Shown: positions 47,584 to 58,230, counted from the stretch's first letter. The stretch is DNA of 64,000 nucleotides from an uncultured virus (IMG/VR IMGVR_UViG_3300025309_000012) (IMGVR_UViG_3300025309_000012), one strand, 5' to 3'. Notes: generated by a model not told the origin, from the letters alone. Numbers and translations are program-made.

Positions 47584-48960
47584 TTAATTTTGCAGAACAG
47601 CTAATTTTTTAGGATTATCAATTATATTTCCAGCGCCAGTACCTTGAGCTATATTAGATAAAACGCCATCCATAGTTGTCATGTTGACCGCAATTAATGG
47701 TTCATCAAATCTTTTATCAAATTTTTCCTTACCCAATCCTGTTCTAACTTCATTAATTGATTCAATTCCTGTTTGAACATGTTTAATTCTTTCATTTAAC
47801 AATTCTTCTCTTGAGTCAGGAACGCAATTATCATATGCTAGAAACAATTTTTCATCATATCGCCAAATCAATTTTTCATTTAACTTTTCTTCAATTCTTC
47901 TCAATCTCGGTTGGATTGTAAAACTCATATATTGATATATAGCAGCGTCTACATTCGCTCTGTTCGCTTCTTTACTATACATACCTAGTGCTTGTCCAAA
48001 AGCGTTTAAAATCAACTCTCTTATCTTTTCTCTGCCACCAAGATAAGACATTTCTTTAGGCGAAGTTCCAACTGGTTTAAATTTTAAACCACTATCAAGT
48101 AATGGCATTTTCCCCGCATTTTTAGGGCCAGTAAACGCTTGTTTAATTTCAGCCTTTAATCTTTCAAATTCATGATCTCCTAGTTCACTATCTGTTTCAA
48201 ATGTCCCTGACAATGTTCCTTGATTTTTGAACATTGCTTCTTCATATTCATTTATAGAATGGTTTAATGAATATTCTTCAGTAATAGAAGAAAAAGGAGG
48301 GAACCCATAATAAACAGATTTTGGATTTGGCATTTTAAAATGAATCACAGCTTTTTCTTTTAAATCTATAGACTGTGTTCCTTTTTGATATTGATAACCA
48401 GAAATAAAACTTTTACTATCTGGAACAACTTTACAATTTTGTGGCGGAATAATCCAAATTTCTTTTGGGATACCCATTCTGTCTTCAAGAATATGCCAGA
48501 ATGTATTTCCAGTAAGTTCCTGATACAACTGCGTCATTTGCATCAGGTCAAAATTATTCATGAAATTGTTTACATTTTTTTTCAAATCAAGAAATGGATG
48601 ATCAAGAACTTCTTCAAATTCGCTAGCTTTTCTAACAGAAGTTATATTTGATAGAAATGGATTTTCCCTAATAAAAGCGTCTTGAGATTTTGAAATATTT
48701 CTCGTAGGAAAATTTTTTATTTTTTGGCCTTTCTTATTTTTTGCCACATAAAGTCTAAGAGGAATATTTGCTACACTATCAGCATTTTTAGAACTTGCAA
48801 TATATACCCAAGACTTATAAGAATTCACCATCGCATTAAAATCATCTTCTGGGTACAACTCTCTGCCATATTGCCATGGGTAAAGCCATGGCAATGACGT
48901 TCTTTTTCTTCCAACTCTAGCAGCTCTCATTTCAATTTCATATTTAAAAGGGTCTATCAT
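47584..48960 (-). CDS. portal protein (HK97 family)
   Basis: WVY, ELTGN.FW, VIHFK.PNP...YYG, NAGK..LL..GL.F, TIQP.L..IE. Confidence 0.92.
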   Translation of the reverse strand: MIDPFKYEIEMRAARVGRKRTSLPWLYPWQYGRELYPEDDFNAMVNSYKSWVYIASSKNADSVANIPLRLYVAKNKKGQKIKNFPTRNISKSQDAFIRENPFLSNITSVRKASEFEEVLDHPFLDLKKNVNNFMNNFDLMQMTQLYQELTGNTFWHILEDRMGIPKEIWIIPPQNCKVVPDSKSFISGYQYQKGTQSIDLKEKAVIHFKMPNPKSVYYGFPPFSSITEEYSLNHSINEYEEAMFKNQGTLSGTFETDSELGDHEFERLKAEIKQAFTGPKNAGKMPLLDSGLKFKPVGTSPKEMSYLGGREKIRELILNAFGQALGMYSKEANRANVDAAIYQYMSFTIQPRLRRIEEKLNEKLIWRYDEKLFLAYDNCVPDSREELLNERIKHVQTGIESINEVRTGLGKEKFDKRFDEPLIAVNMTTMDGVLSNIAQGTGAGNIIDNPKKLAVLQN

Positions 48961-49291
48961 TATTTATTTCCTTGAGAAGCTTCAAGATAAACTTTATACC
49001 TATTTTTAAAAAAGTCTTCATGAAAATATTTTTCAATAAACTCTTTTTTTTCTGTATCAAAATATTCTGTAATAATATACAATTTATTTTCTTCTGGTTC
49101 TAATTCTCTTAAAATAAAATCTGGTGATGAGGAATAGTCTTTAATATAAAATTCTATCCCATCATGAATTAATAAAAGACCTTTTGGAAATATTTCTTCT
49201 AATTTTGCAGAAAAAAAATAATAATTTTGAGCCAAATTTTTTGTTGCAAATATATAAAAAATATTGTAAAGTAGTTTAAAAATATTTTTTA

Positions 49292-51040
49292 TCATATTAC
49301 TCTTATATGAGGAATCGCAGGCTCAAAGAAACATTGCATTAAAGAAGCAAACTTGTCTGGGCTTCTCCCAATCTTCTTTTTAATTGTTTTCTTATCACTT
49401 ACTTTAATTTTACCACTACTTTGGTCTTCGTAATATTCAAACGCGAGCATCTCTTCCCTTAAATCATTATCATCCGGAATCATAGCTGAAGGATCTTTCT
49501 TAAGCCAGTCAGCTATGGTCCAGGCCAACTCATCTCTTATTAAATGAAACTTACCCAATTCACATTTTTTTTGACTTGGTGAACTTACATAAACTTTTCT
49601 GGCATTAATATGGCATCTTGCCATTTCTTTATGACAAACAGGGCACTTATAAATACTTTCATCAAGATAAGTTGTTTTATAATGAGAGCATTCATTATTT
49701 TCACACCTCCAATACCACATTCTACCAACTCTCGGAGGTATTGCAGCCCCAATCCCGTCAGCTTCTACATTAGCCTGATCTGCATCCAAACTTACATAAA
49801 TTTTACTAAGTCTATCTGATGATTTATCTAAATCAACACCCTTCCAACTTTCAAATCCATCTATATAATTACCATATCTTTTAGCAACACAACAATTATC
49901 TCCACCCTCATCAGCAACGTCCATTCCTAGTAATGGCTTAATCCCTTTTATTACATCCTTCCCGTATGTTGCCCGATAAAGTTTCCATCTACTTACAGCA
50001 TTATCTATATCCACCATACTTATTAGAGAACTTTCTGTACAAGATGGGTACTCCCCTAAAACCTTATAGGAAAAAGCAGGATTTGTTACAACCCTCCATC
50101 CACCCTTTAAAGGTGGATAGAATTCATTATTTCCTGAAGGTTTTTCACCAGTAACCCCAATTAAAAATTCAGGAACTTCAAAACAAGATTTATCAACCTC
50201 TTCATCATCCCTTAACTCTCTTGACCAGCTATTAATCCTTTCAACAACTTTATCTCTACTTACTGCTCCTGGAATTAAATTTTTGCCACTCACTACATTT
50301 GGGTGATTAAATGCAGACATTGTGATTACATTTGCTTTGCCTTTAGTCAATTCATAGACATACCCAGATTGACGTTTTGGGTTATACATATTTAATTGCC
50401 TACTGCCATCACCTGAAAGACACCCATCCTCGCCTTTAAAAACCTCATCTGGGATAGCATCACTTTCATCATTTTCATAAAAAAGATAATCTGCATGCTG
50501 CCCACTAAATTTAGCTTCTCTTTCCTCAGCAGAACCAGTGGATGGAATTGTTTTTCCAGTTATAAAATGTTTTCCACTACTTTCTCCGTAATCATCTTCT
50601 TTGCTATTTAAATTAATGTCATCTGTTATTTTTAAATTTAAAATTCTATCACTTTTAAATAATTTTCTATTTTTAACAACAATCTCTACTATCTCACTCC
50701 AAAGTTTTTCCTTTAAATTATTTTCAGGAGGAGCAGCAACGGCAATTGTTTGTGATTTTGGGAAACAGCGATAATGCCAAATAGCAAGAGCTGCGGCACA
50801 AAAGGTTTTTCCAGTTCCGGTCGCTGATTTAACAACTGTGACTTTATTGTCTCTAACAGATTCAGCAATTTTAATTAAATCATCAGGAATTATTTTTATT
50901 TTTAAAATTTCTCTAAAAAAAACAACTGGATCTTTTTGATATTTCGTATAATCTATATCATCCAGCAAGACCGATTTTATTTCATCTTCATTAAAAAGAT
51001 TAGCAAGCAAATCTAAAGCTTTTTCATCTATGCCCATCAT
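49292..51040 (-). CDS. terL: terminase large subunit
   Basis: SATGTGKT, NDE, YNP, GMDVA..GGD, EADGIGA, GRSPD. Confidence 0.9.
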   Translation of the reverse strand: MMGIDEKALDLLANLFNEDEIKSVLLDDIDYTKYQKDPVVFFREILKIKIIPDDLIKIAESVRDNKVTVVKSATGTGKTFCAAALAIWHYRCFPKSQTIAVAAPPENNLKEKLWSEIVEIVVKNRKLFKSDRILNLKITDDINLNSKEDDYGESSGKHFITGKTIPSTGSAEEREAKFSGQHADYLFYENDESDAIPDEVFKGEDGCLSGDGSRQLNMYNPKRQSGYVYELTKGKANVITMSAFNHPNVVSGKNLIPGAVSRDKVVERINSWSRELRDDEEVDKSCFEVPEFLIGVTGEKPSGNNEFYPPLKGGWRVVTNPAFSYKVLGEYPSCTESSLISMVDIDNAVSRWKLYRATYGKDVIKGIKPLLGMDVADEGGDNCCVAKRYGNYIDGFESWKGVDLDKSSDRLSKIYVSLDADQANVEADGIGAAIPPRVGRMWYWRCENNECSHYKTTYLDESIYKCPVCHKEMARCHINARKVYVSSPSQKKCELGKFHLIRDELAWTIADWLKKDPSAMIPDDNDLREEMLAFEYYEDQSSGKIKVSDKKTIKKKIGRSPDKFASLMQCFFEPAIPHIRVI

Positions 51041-51735
51041 TTATTCCCAATACGACGAGCCAAACCTACTTTAATCGAATCTTGAACTTCTTTAGGAAAC
51101 ATCGAAATCAAAGTTTTTAAATCAACAGGGATTTTTCTATCATTGTCTTGTTCAAACATCCCCAAGTGTTTTGCCAAGGCATCGAGCGCACTTTTTTTAT
51201 CAACTGTTTTTAGTTCTTTGATATACGATTCTAATTTCTCATTGCCGTCTTTATCTTTAACAGTTTTAACACCAATACTTAGTCCGGATATAACAGCAGC
51301 GGTATCTCTATCCATTTCAGATAAATTTTTTAAACTATTGTCTTCGTTATATAAATCCTTTACATTGGAGTAAGCAAGTTTGGCATATTCTGTTAAAACA
51401 CGTTCTTGAGTTATTTGCAGTTTTACACTAATCTGTTTTTGAAGTCTTTCAATTTCTCTTCTTACTTTTGGATTTGAAAGGAGTCTTGAACCAGCAGCTC
51501 CAGCATTCCATAATGAATAACCCGCTTTTTGAGCGGCTTTTTCTTCGTTATACCAAATTACATATTCTTGACAAAATCTTGAAACACGAAAAGGAAGGTC
51601 TTCACCTTCCTCAATTGTTTCTAACGAATGAACTTCATTGACTAATTCATTATAATCGTCGACAGAGTAATCTTCGGTTTTAATTCTCTCCATTTGTTGA
51701 TTTAAATTATCTTGTTTTAATATTTTTTTATCCAT
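51037..51735 (-). CDS. terS: terminase small subunit
   Basis: RFCQEY...N...AA.KAGYS...GSRLL.NP, DKKSAL..LAKHLGMF. Confidence 0.9.
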   Translation of the reverse strand: MDKKILKQDNLNQQMERIKTEDYSVDDYNELVNEVHSLETIEEGEDLPFRVSRFCQEYVIWYNEEKAAQKAGYSLWNAGAAGSRLLSNPKVRREIERLQKQISVKLQITQERVLTEYAKLAYSNVKDLYNEDNSLKNLSEMDRDTAAVISGLSIGVKTVKDKDGNEKLESYIKELKTVDKKSALDALAKHLGMFEQDNDRKIPVDLKTLISMFPKEVQDSIKVGLARRIGNK

Positions 51736-51741
51736 AATTAT

Positions 51742-51818
51742 TGGGGTGAAGTGTGAGAATCGAACTCACTAGAACCTGATTCACAGTCAGGAGGATCAAC
51801 CGTTTTCCTTACTCCACC
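51742..51818 (-). tRNA. tRNA-His(GUG)
   Basis: 8-bp acceptor with G-1 (GGTGGAGT/ACTTCACC), anticodon arm CCTGA-CTGTGAA-TCAGG, GTTCGATT T-loop, encoded CCA. Confidence 0.9.
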
Positions 51819-52719
51819 ATAAAATTTTATTCAATAACTACAAATTCGTTTATGATAGAATCTACTTTTCTAATAACTTCTTCAAGTGTTTCTTTTTTTA
51901 TCATGCACTCAAGTTCAAGCTCTGGACAAGACTGGGTTAGGGAATCTAATTGATCTAATTCATCTCTCCACTCATCAGTCATCTCTTCTAACAATTCAAT
52001 AATTTCATCATCCATATCAATTCCAATTCATTCTAAGTTTATTTACTTATCGGCATAAGTTAGCAAAAACTTTAATATTTTTATTCTTCTAATTCAAGAT
52101 ACTCTTCATTGAATCTTTCAATCGATTCTCTTTCTAAATTTTTATTTTTTAAAGCCTTCCCAAATCTATCTCTCATCTTTATTTTTGGCTTTATTTTTTT
52201 ATTAAATTTTTTACTTTTGTGCTTTGTTTTAAAATCATCTTCTTGAAACACTTTTATCCCTCTTTTTTATTTTCTATCTCCAAATAAAATCCAAACATCG
52301 CCTTTTAAAATTTTATGTGGTATTTCTGGTATATCATATTTTCTTAATTTTTTAAATTCTTCTAAATCTAAAACAATCGCAATCCCGTTTTTGTCATCTG
52401 CGTAAATACAATTATTTATTTTTAATCCATTGAATCTAATTTGAATGTTTGAAATTAAATTAGATTCAATGGCTTTCTTAAGATCTATTTTCATTTCAAA
52501 CAACTCCTAAATTAATCTGGCATTCTTTTATGTCAAGGATTTCTATATTGTCAAGAAATCTACATTTTTTAATATTATTCTCTTTGTCCAAAACAATGTA
52601 TGGACAAATTTTAACAACTGCTGTTTTATTTTCAAACTGGCATTTTATAATTTGGTAACAATAAAATCCCTCAGGTATTAATTCAACTGGCATTTGTTGG
52701 TTCATATATAACTCCCATA

Positions 52720-52748
52720 AATATAATCATTGCAAATAACGTTGTCAA
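52720..52748 (-). promoter_or_regulatory. leftward sigma70-type promoter heading the late block
   Basis: TTGACA-17-TATATT upstream of GGGAG RBS and ORF 52496..52705. Confidence 0.6.
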
Positions 52749-52915
52749 GTACTAGATCCAATTTGCTATAACAACTTATCGGAATATTTTTATCAAACTT
52801 TAATAACATTATTTTTCAATCATAACATTCAAAATGTTAGCATTAAATTTTATGTTATTAATTTGAGTTTTAGTAAACAGATTGTAAAAGCAAAGTTTTT
52901 AAAAAAAATAATAAT

Positions 52916-53193
52916 AAGCCACAACGTGGCTTGAGTGTTTGCGCAAGCAAACACATTTTCATAATTTTTTATTAATATTTTTATGAAAATAAAAATATAT
53001 TCGTAGAATAATCTTGTAAAGATTTATTCCTTAATATCTTGTAGAATATATTAGTCAATTTTGTCTATGACCAAGAAACCTATTTTTGTCTATGATTCAT
53101 CGCCATTTTTGACTATGAACAGTCATTAAATTTGCCAAAAATGACTATAGTTTCTATACCAAATTTTAGTCAGTACTTGACAAAATTGACTAA
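52916..53193. other. putative replication origin (hairpins, AT-rich tract, iterons)
   Basis: three TTTTG(T/A)CTATGA repeats, a 15-bp inverted repeat and three palindromes next to an initiator-like gene. Confidence 0.5.
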
Positions 53194-53205
53194 AGATGTT
53201 ACCTT
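53177..53205 (+). promoter_or_regulatory. rightward promoter of the initiator-like gene
   Basis: TTGACA-17-TACCTT with TG extension. Confidence 0.55.
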
Positions 53206-53234
53206 CTATGTCTATAGTTAAAAATTAAAAAGAG

Positions 53235-53663
53235 GTGGAAATGGAAACAGAAATTAATCCAAGTATAAGGCCGGGTTTGCTAACAATTCCAATTGAATTA
53301 GTTATGAACCCGAACATTCCAGAGAGTTCAAAAACTTTGTTTGGTGTTTTTAATTTATACAAAAATAAAACAGGAGGATGTTGGGCAAGCAATTCTTTTT
53401 TATTTTCAATACTTAGGCATAATGAAAGAACAATTACTAGAAATATTAAAATATTATCGGATTGGCATTATATAAAAATTGAAAATAAAAACAGGTCAAA
53501 TAAAAGGAGAATTTTTATTTGTGGCTATCAAGAAATATATGGCGATATTTGTGATAAAATTTATGACACAAGAAGAAATCCAGAAAAATTAGATAATGAA
53601 TTTGTTAAAAGCGAATTTTTAAGATTAAAAAATGAATTTATTAAGAAAAATGATTGCATATAA
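53235..53663 (+). CDS. winged-helix replication initiator-like protein (N-terminal domain only)
   Basis: IP......I....K.LFG, GGCWASN..L, RTITR.I..L...YI. Confidence 0.7.
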   Translation: MEMETEINPSIRPGLLTIPIELVMNPNIPESSKTLFGVFNLYKNKTGGCWASNSFLFSILRHNERTITRNIKILSDWHYIKIENKNRSNKRRIFICGYQEIYGDICDKIYDTRRNPEKLDNEFVKSEFLRLKNEFIKKNDCI

Positions 53664-53964
53664 ATTGTTTAGAAAAAGAAAAGATCAGACACTTGCGCCA
53701 TTATTTATTAATAAAAGACAGGTCATAGTTTTAAATCAATGGCTAGAAGCAGAAGAACATCAAACCAATGGCTATGCTTTTAGACCGGGTTGGCATTGTT
53801 GTGTAAAACCATTTGCCCCACATTTATCAGAAAAAGACAGAGCCTGGTATAAAGTTGAAATTGAAAATTATGAATTTTTTACCAGACCAGAAAGTCAAGG
53901 TGGGGTCTGGGTTTTGGCACAAAGAATGAAAGCTTTAGAAGAAATTAATAAAGAAGTGAATTAA
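53650..53964 (+). CDS. conserved-looking phage hypothetical protein
   Basis: AYKLFR.RKD.TL.PLFIN, RPGWH, APHL, RPESQGG.W. Confidence 0.6.
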   Translation: MIAYKLFRKRKDQTLAPLFINKRQVIVLNQWLEAEEHQTNGYAFRPGWHCCVKPFAPHLSEKDRAWYKVEIENYEFFTRPESQGGVWVLAQRMKALEEINKEVN

Positions 53965-54282
53965 ATAATTATAAAATTAAGATATGGCTTAATTAAAATG
54001 AATCGTAAATTCCCAATAAAAGAAGAAATTTGCAATATTTGTTATAGTGTGGGTAAAATTCACCTTAATAAATTTACAGATACTTTTTCTGATATGTCAA
54101 TAAAAGATGGTGTTTGTTATAAATGTAGAGGAACGGGATTTGTTATTAAAGAAATGAGCATTGATGAAAAACTAGAATATTTATTAAATGCAGTAATGGA
54201 TAATTTAAAATGAAAAATTATTATTTTCTGTAACAAGAAAAGATTTTGATGTCCAAACATTTTGTTCTGGTACAGGAGTTTT

Positions 54283-54768
54283 ATGACAATTAAACATGGC
54301 ATGTGTAAAACTAAAGAATATTACACATGGAGGAATATAATAAATAGATGCCTTTATAAAGATGGGATAAATTATCCAGATTATGGTGGGAAAGGAATAA
54401 CCATTTGTGATGAATGGAAAAATAGTTTTATGAAATTTGTCAATGATGTCGGTTTATGCCCAGATGATAAATCTTCATTAGATAGAATAGAGAATACAAA
54501 AGGTTACTATAAAGAAAATTGTAGATGGGCAACTTGCTCGGAACAAGCTATGAATAGAGGACCAAAGAAAGATGGGATAGTAAAATTCAAAGGAGTTGTT
54601 TACGAACCAAAGAAAAAATTATATAGAGCTAGAATAATGTCAAACGGGAAAACAAAATCTCTTGGTAGGAGGAAGACTGCTGAAGAGGCAGCGAAACTTT
54701 ATGATAAAGCAGCAGAAGAATTGTTTGGTGAATTTGTTTTAACCAATAAAAAGCTCGGCCTGCTATAA
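54283..54768 (+). CDS. HNH endonuclease with AP2 domain
   Basis: HGM..T.EY..W, YGGKGI.IC.EW, SLDRI.N..GY...NCRWAT, AEEAA..YD.AA...FGEF. Confidence 0.85.
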   Translation: MTIKHGMCKTKEYYTWRNIINRCLYKDGINYPDYGGKGITICDEWKNSFMKFVNDVGLCPDDKSSLDRIENTKGYYKENCRWATCSEQAMNRGPKKDGIVKFKGVVYEPKKKLYRARIMSNGKTKSLGRRKTAEEAAKLYDKAAEELFGEFVLTNKKLGLL

Positions 54769-54901
54769 TTTACAAAACTGATAAAAATTATATATAATAT
54801 TTTGACTTTGACATAAGCAAATACAAATATTTTCGTAAAAACGAACCCATACCCATTGACAAAAGCTTATAATTGTGGTATGGTATTTTTAAGAGGACAA
54901 G

Positions 54902-55066
54902 ATGTGGACAGACAATGATATCCCAAGTTGTATTTACGATACCATGGCTTGCGAGGATTGTGGAGCTTGCAGGCCTTCGCCACTGCAAAAATATTTAGAA
55001 CAAAAAGAAATTGGTGAAGACGAAGACGAAGACGAAGAATTAGACGTTGAAAATTTAAAGGATTGA
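54902..55066 (+). CDS. 54 aa Cys-containing protein with acidic tail, not in the ORF track
   Basis: GAGGA RBS; upstream TTGACA-17-TATGGT at 54856-54884. Confidence 0.5.
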   Translation: MWTDNDIPSCIYDTMACEDCGACRPSPLQKYLEQKEIGEDEDEDEELDVENLKD

Positions 55067-55909
55067 TATTAAATTAAAATGTTACCTAAGAATTGGCACA
55101 CATACAAGCGTTTATACTATCATGCGAGGAGGTATAAAATGCCTAAATATAGCATGTATAAAAGAACAATTCATCCCGTACCTAAAATGCCGACTTGGTA
55201 TGTTGTGGCTTTGGCAATATTATTTATAATTGGATTGATGATTTTATGAAAAATATATTTTAACAGACGGATTCGATCAAAATAAAGTTATTGGTGAAAG
55301 CTGATTAAAATCTAGTTCTTCTAAAAATTTTATATATTTTTCTGTAATCTCAATTTCATCAATAAATTTATCCTATGGTGGAGTTTTAAAAGATGGAGAA
55401 TTAACTATCACACAATTTGCAATTATACTAAATGATAATCGAAGAAAGTAAAGCTATATCTGAAAAACAATACAAGGCTTTAGATAATTTTGTAAGTTTT
55501 GGGCCGATTAATAAAATTCAGACTTTTAAACATAAATGCTATTTATGGTGAATATGTAGGATGGGTTAAAATCTATCCACGTTGTGGGTTGTGGAAATAA
55601 TAAGATTAATTGGACTTAATGGATTAAATATATGAGAACATTGATCAGACTTATTCGAATTGATTTCGATAACCTTGAGAATAGAGATTGTATTTATACA
55701 AAATCTATTGGGACTTTTGTTGATGAAAATATTGGGGCATCTGCTTCAGAAAAAGTAGGAGATTTTATTAAAAACATGAAGCCCGAAAAACTATATTTAG
55801 GCTGGGATATGAATATTTATCCTAAATATAAATTAGAAATTGAATATTTCCAGTGATTATAAATTTATGTAATACTTTTCAATTTTCTTAAAATATAAAA
55901 TCAAGCGTA

Positions 55910-56200
55910 AAGTGCCCAACCTCGACCTATGGGGTGGGGTGCTTCGGGAAAAATGACCCCATACCCTATGACCTATCCTGCCTTAATCACTTTCCTAACA
56001 ATCCTAACAACATTTAGTTCTCCCTAACTATCTTTACCTACCCTAATCAGTTCAACCTAGCCCAACACAATACACAAGTCTTAATAAAGTTAGGTTAGCT
56101 TGACTTTGTTATATAACACCAAGTTTTTAAAACCCGTCTTTATATATTTAGGCCGTCCTAATTAGTTAAACCCTGCCTAATCATCTATTACCAGCATTAC
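55910..56200. other. non-coding, compositionally skewed region, possible genome terminus or packaging site
   Basis: G-runs, TATGGGGT/ACCCCATA inverted repeat, then many CCTA/CCTAA words; no ORFs. Confidence 0.4.
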
Positions 56201-56655
56201 AATCTAAAGCAAGCCTGCCATAAGCAATGTCTGTGCCTGATAAATATTTATTTTCTTTTTATTCATCTATTATAGTATTACTAATGTTGTTAGGCGTGTT
56301 ATGGCCTTAAATAATCGTTTGCTTAACCGTAGTGAGGCGATTACAGGCTTGCATGTGCTAGTATTAGAAAATATATTTCGCTTAACCTTGCGATTTTGAT
56401 GTATTAAGTGCGTGTTTTGATTATGTTTATTTCCTAACAATAGCAGTATTGATGTGCTTTAGTTATGGTATAAGTCTTGCTTTGTTATGCTACTTCTATG
56501 CCCATATGCTGTTAATTGTGCGTTTTTGGGGTAAATAGTCTGACATTATAAACGCTATTAATGATATGTATTTATTCGTCTTTATTTTAAATTATTATTT
56601 CTTTTAATATCAAACACTTATGCGCAAGTATGTGTAATGATTGATAAAGAAATAT

Positions 56656-56684
56656 TTGACTTATATAAATTAACTTATTATCTT
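56656..56684 (+). promoter_or_regulatory. early sigma70-type promoter
   Basis: TTGACT-17-TATCTT before the first early gene. Confidence 0.5.
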
Positions 56685-56731
56685 GTAATTAACATCAGCC
56701 ATTAAGAACAATTACAAAGTGAGGTATAGTT

Positions 56732-57055
56732 ATGAAAGCATCTACAAAGGTATACAGAGTGCTTAGAGCAATGACCGTACATGTACCATACAATGACATC
56801 GAAATAGATATAGAAGCACTGCAAAACGTTAAAGGCGGGGATTTTATTATAGGTATACGCAAGCTTGGCACAACTAGCTTTATTTATCGAAAACCGTGTA
56901 CTAATTGGCTTGATGAATACAAGGAAGTGACAGATACATGGCCTAATATTGAATGGTATTGCGGCAGTGTTAATGAAGGTTGGATTGTGTCATTAAGTGA
57001 TAAAGACGTACCAAAAATGCTCAATAATTGGCTTTATATGCATTTTGCTAAGTGA
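56732..57055 (+). CDS. early hypothetical protein
   Basis: GAGGT RBS, 107 aa. Confidence 0.6.
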   Translation: MKASTKVYRVLRAMTVHVPYNDIEIDIEALQNVKGGDFIIGIRKLGTTSFIYRKPCTNWLDEYKEVTDTWPNIEWYCGSVNEGWIVSLSDKDVPKMLNNWLYMHFAK

Positions 57056-57063
57056 GGCTAATT

Positions 57064-57225
57064 ATGAATACCAATAAAAGAGATGCACTCAAGATTAAGA
57101 TGGCCTCAAGTCTTTATTTTCTCATGCCTGTTAAAGTCAGACTCCAGGCAGTCAAAGAGCTTGAAGGCTTGCTTGAGACAGGTTCATTGCCTGATATTAA
57201 ATACGTTAGAGTATATGCGTTTTAG
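57064..57225 (+). CDS. 53 aa early hypothetical protein (MNTNKRDALKIK...)
   Basis: GAGG RBS; more plausible than the overlapping tracked ORF 57083..57316. Confidence 0.5.
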   Translation: MNTNKRDALKIKMASSLYFLMPVKVRLQAVKELEGLLETGSLPDIKYVRVYAF

Positions 57226-57234
57226 ACTAGCTGG

Positions 57235-57248
57235 CATAGTCAGGTATG
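57235..57248 (-). repeat. CATACCTGACTATG site, copy 2 (inverted)
   Basis: exact reverse complement of the core at 6551 and 58145. Confidence 0.8.
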
Positions 57249-58143
57249 GCTTGAGTTTAAAAACGTCTATACCATGCCTTTACGGTACCTTAAAATTGAA
57301 ATTAGGGAGCAAGTGAGATTATGAAAACAGATAGAGACGTTGACGCTATGACATACGAAATTTTAACTGATGAAACATTGGCAGTTAAAGACAAATATTA
57401 TATCCGCACTAAATACCCGTTTTGTTATTGTACTGATAGAATGACAAAAAAGCAGGTTGAAAATGTGGCAAAGTCTATGCGGAACCTTGGTTTTACTGTA
57501 ATAGGTAAGACAAAATAAGGTAAGACAATGAAAACAATGCTAATAACGGCTTGGATTATGTTTTTAGTTGTGATGGCGGTTCAGACAGTTTTGACAATCT
57601 TTACTTTTTGAGGACAAGATTATGAAAGATCTGACAAAGAAAGAATCTAAAGACATGCCTGAAGAAAGAAGGATATTTATTGTTATGCTTGTAACGGGAT
57701 CTGATTTTAAAACGGCAAAACAATATTTGATTGCAGAAGAATGGAATATTGACAATGCCGTTATTTCTCTTAAAGGCGATAGAAGATAAATTGCTTTAAA
57801 CTAGTTCAAACAGTCTTAAACCATGATTGACACAATTTCAATAAAATCAACAACTTATTTTTTAAGAAAAGAAAAAACTCCATATATAACTTATTAAAAA
57901 CAGCTATTATAACTCATTGATATTAAAAGATAAGTGAGGAAATAAGAGCTATTAAGAGCAAATGAGAGGATAAGACCATGAAAAAGTATGAAGTGATTCT
58001 TAAAAGTGGCGAGATCGGCATTTACTTTGGCCGGAAAAAACCTAAGGAAGGAGACAGGGTTAAAATACACATTGGCAATGGCGTTTTTGTCCACGGCTTT
58101 GTCTATGACGTTATGGATTGATTTAAGCCATTTTTAAAACCTG

Positions 58144-58159
58144 GCATACCTGACTATGG
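58144..58159 (+). repeat. GCATACCTGACTATGG site, copy 3
   Basis: identical to 6550-6565. Confidence 0.8.
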
Positions 58160-58230
58160 TTTTAATCTAAAAACAGTTCTACGGGCCTAATAGGTGCCTT
58201 TAAGACATATCTAAATCATGAGGTGAGGTT

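Noticed and set aside
54214..54282. Fourth copy of the three-way-junction motif before the + strand HNH-AP2 gene
   Set aside because: Only an imperfect single hairpin is present; the UAGG/GANA junction is absent.
55016..55038. GAAGAC tandem repeat
   Set aside because: It encodes the acidic EDEDED tail of a small protein, not a separate element.
57083..57316. Tracked 77-aa ORF
   Set aside because: It has no RBS and runs across the intergenic repeat site; the overlapping RBS-led ORF 57064..57225 is more credible.
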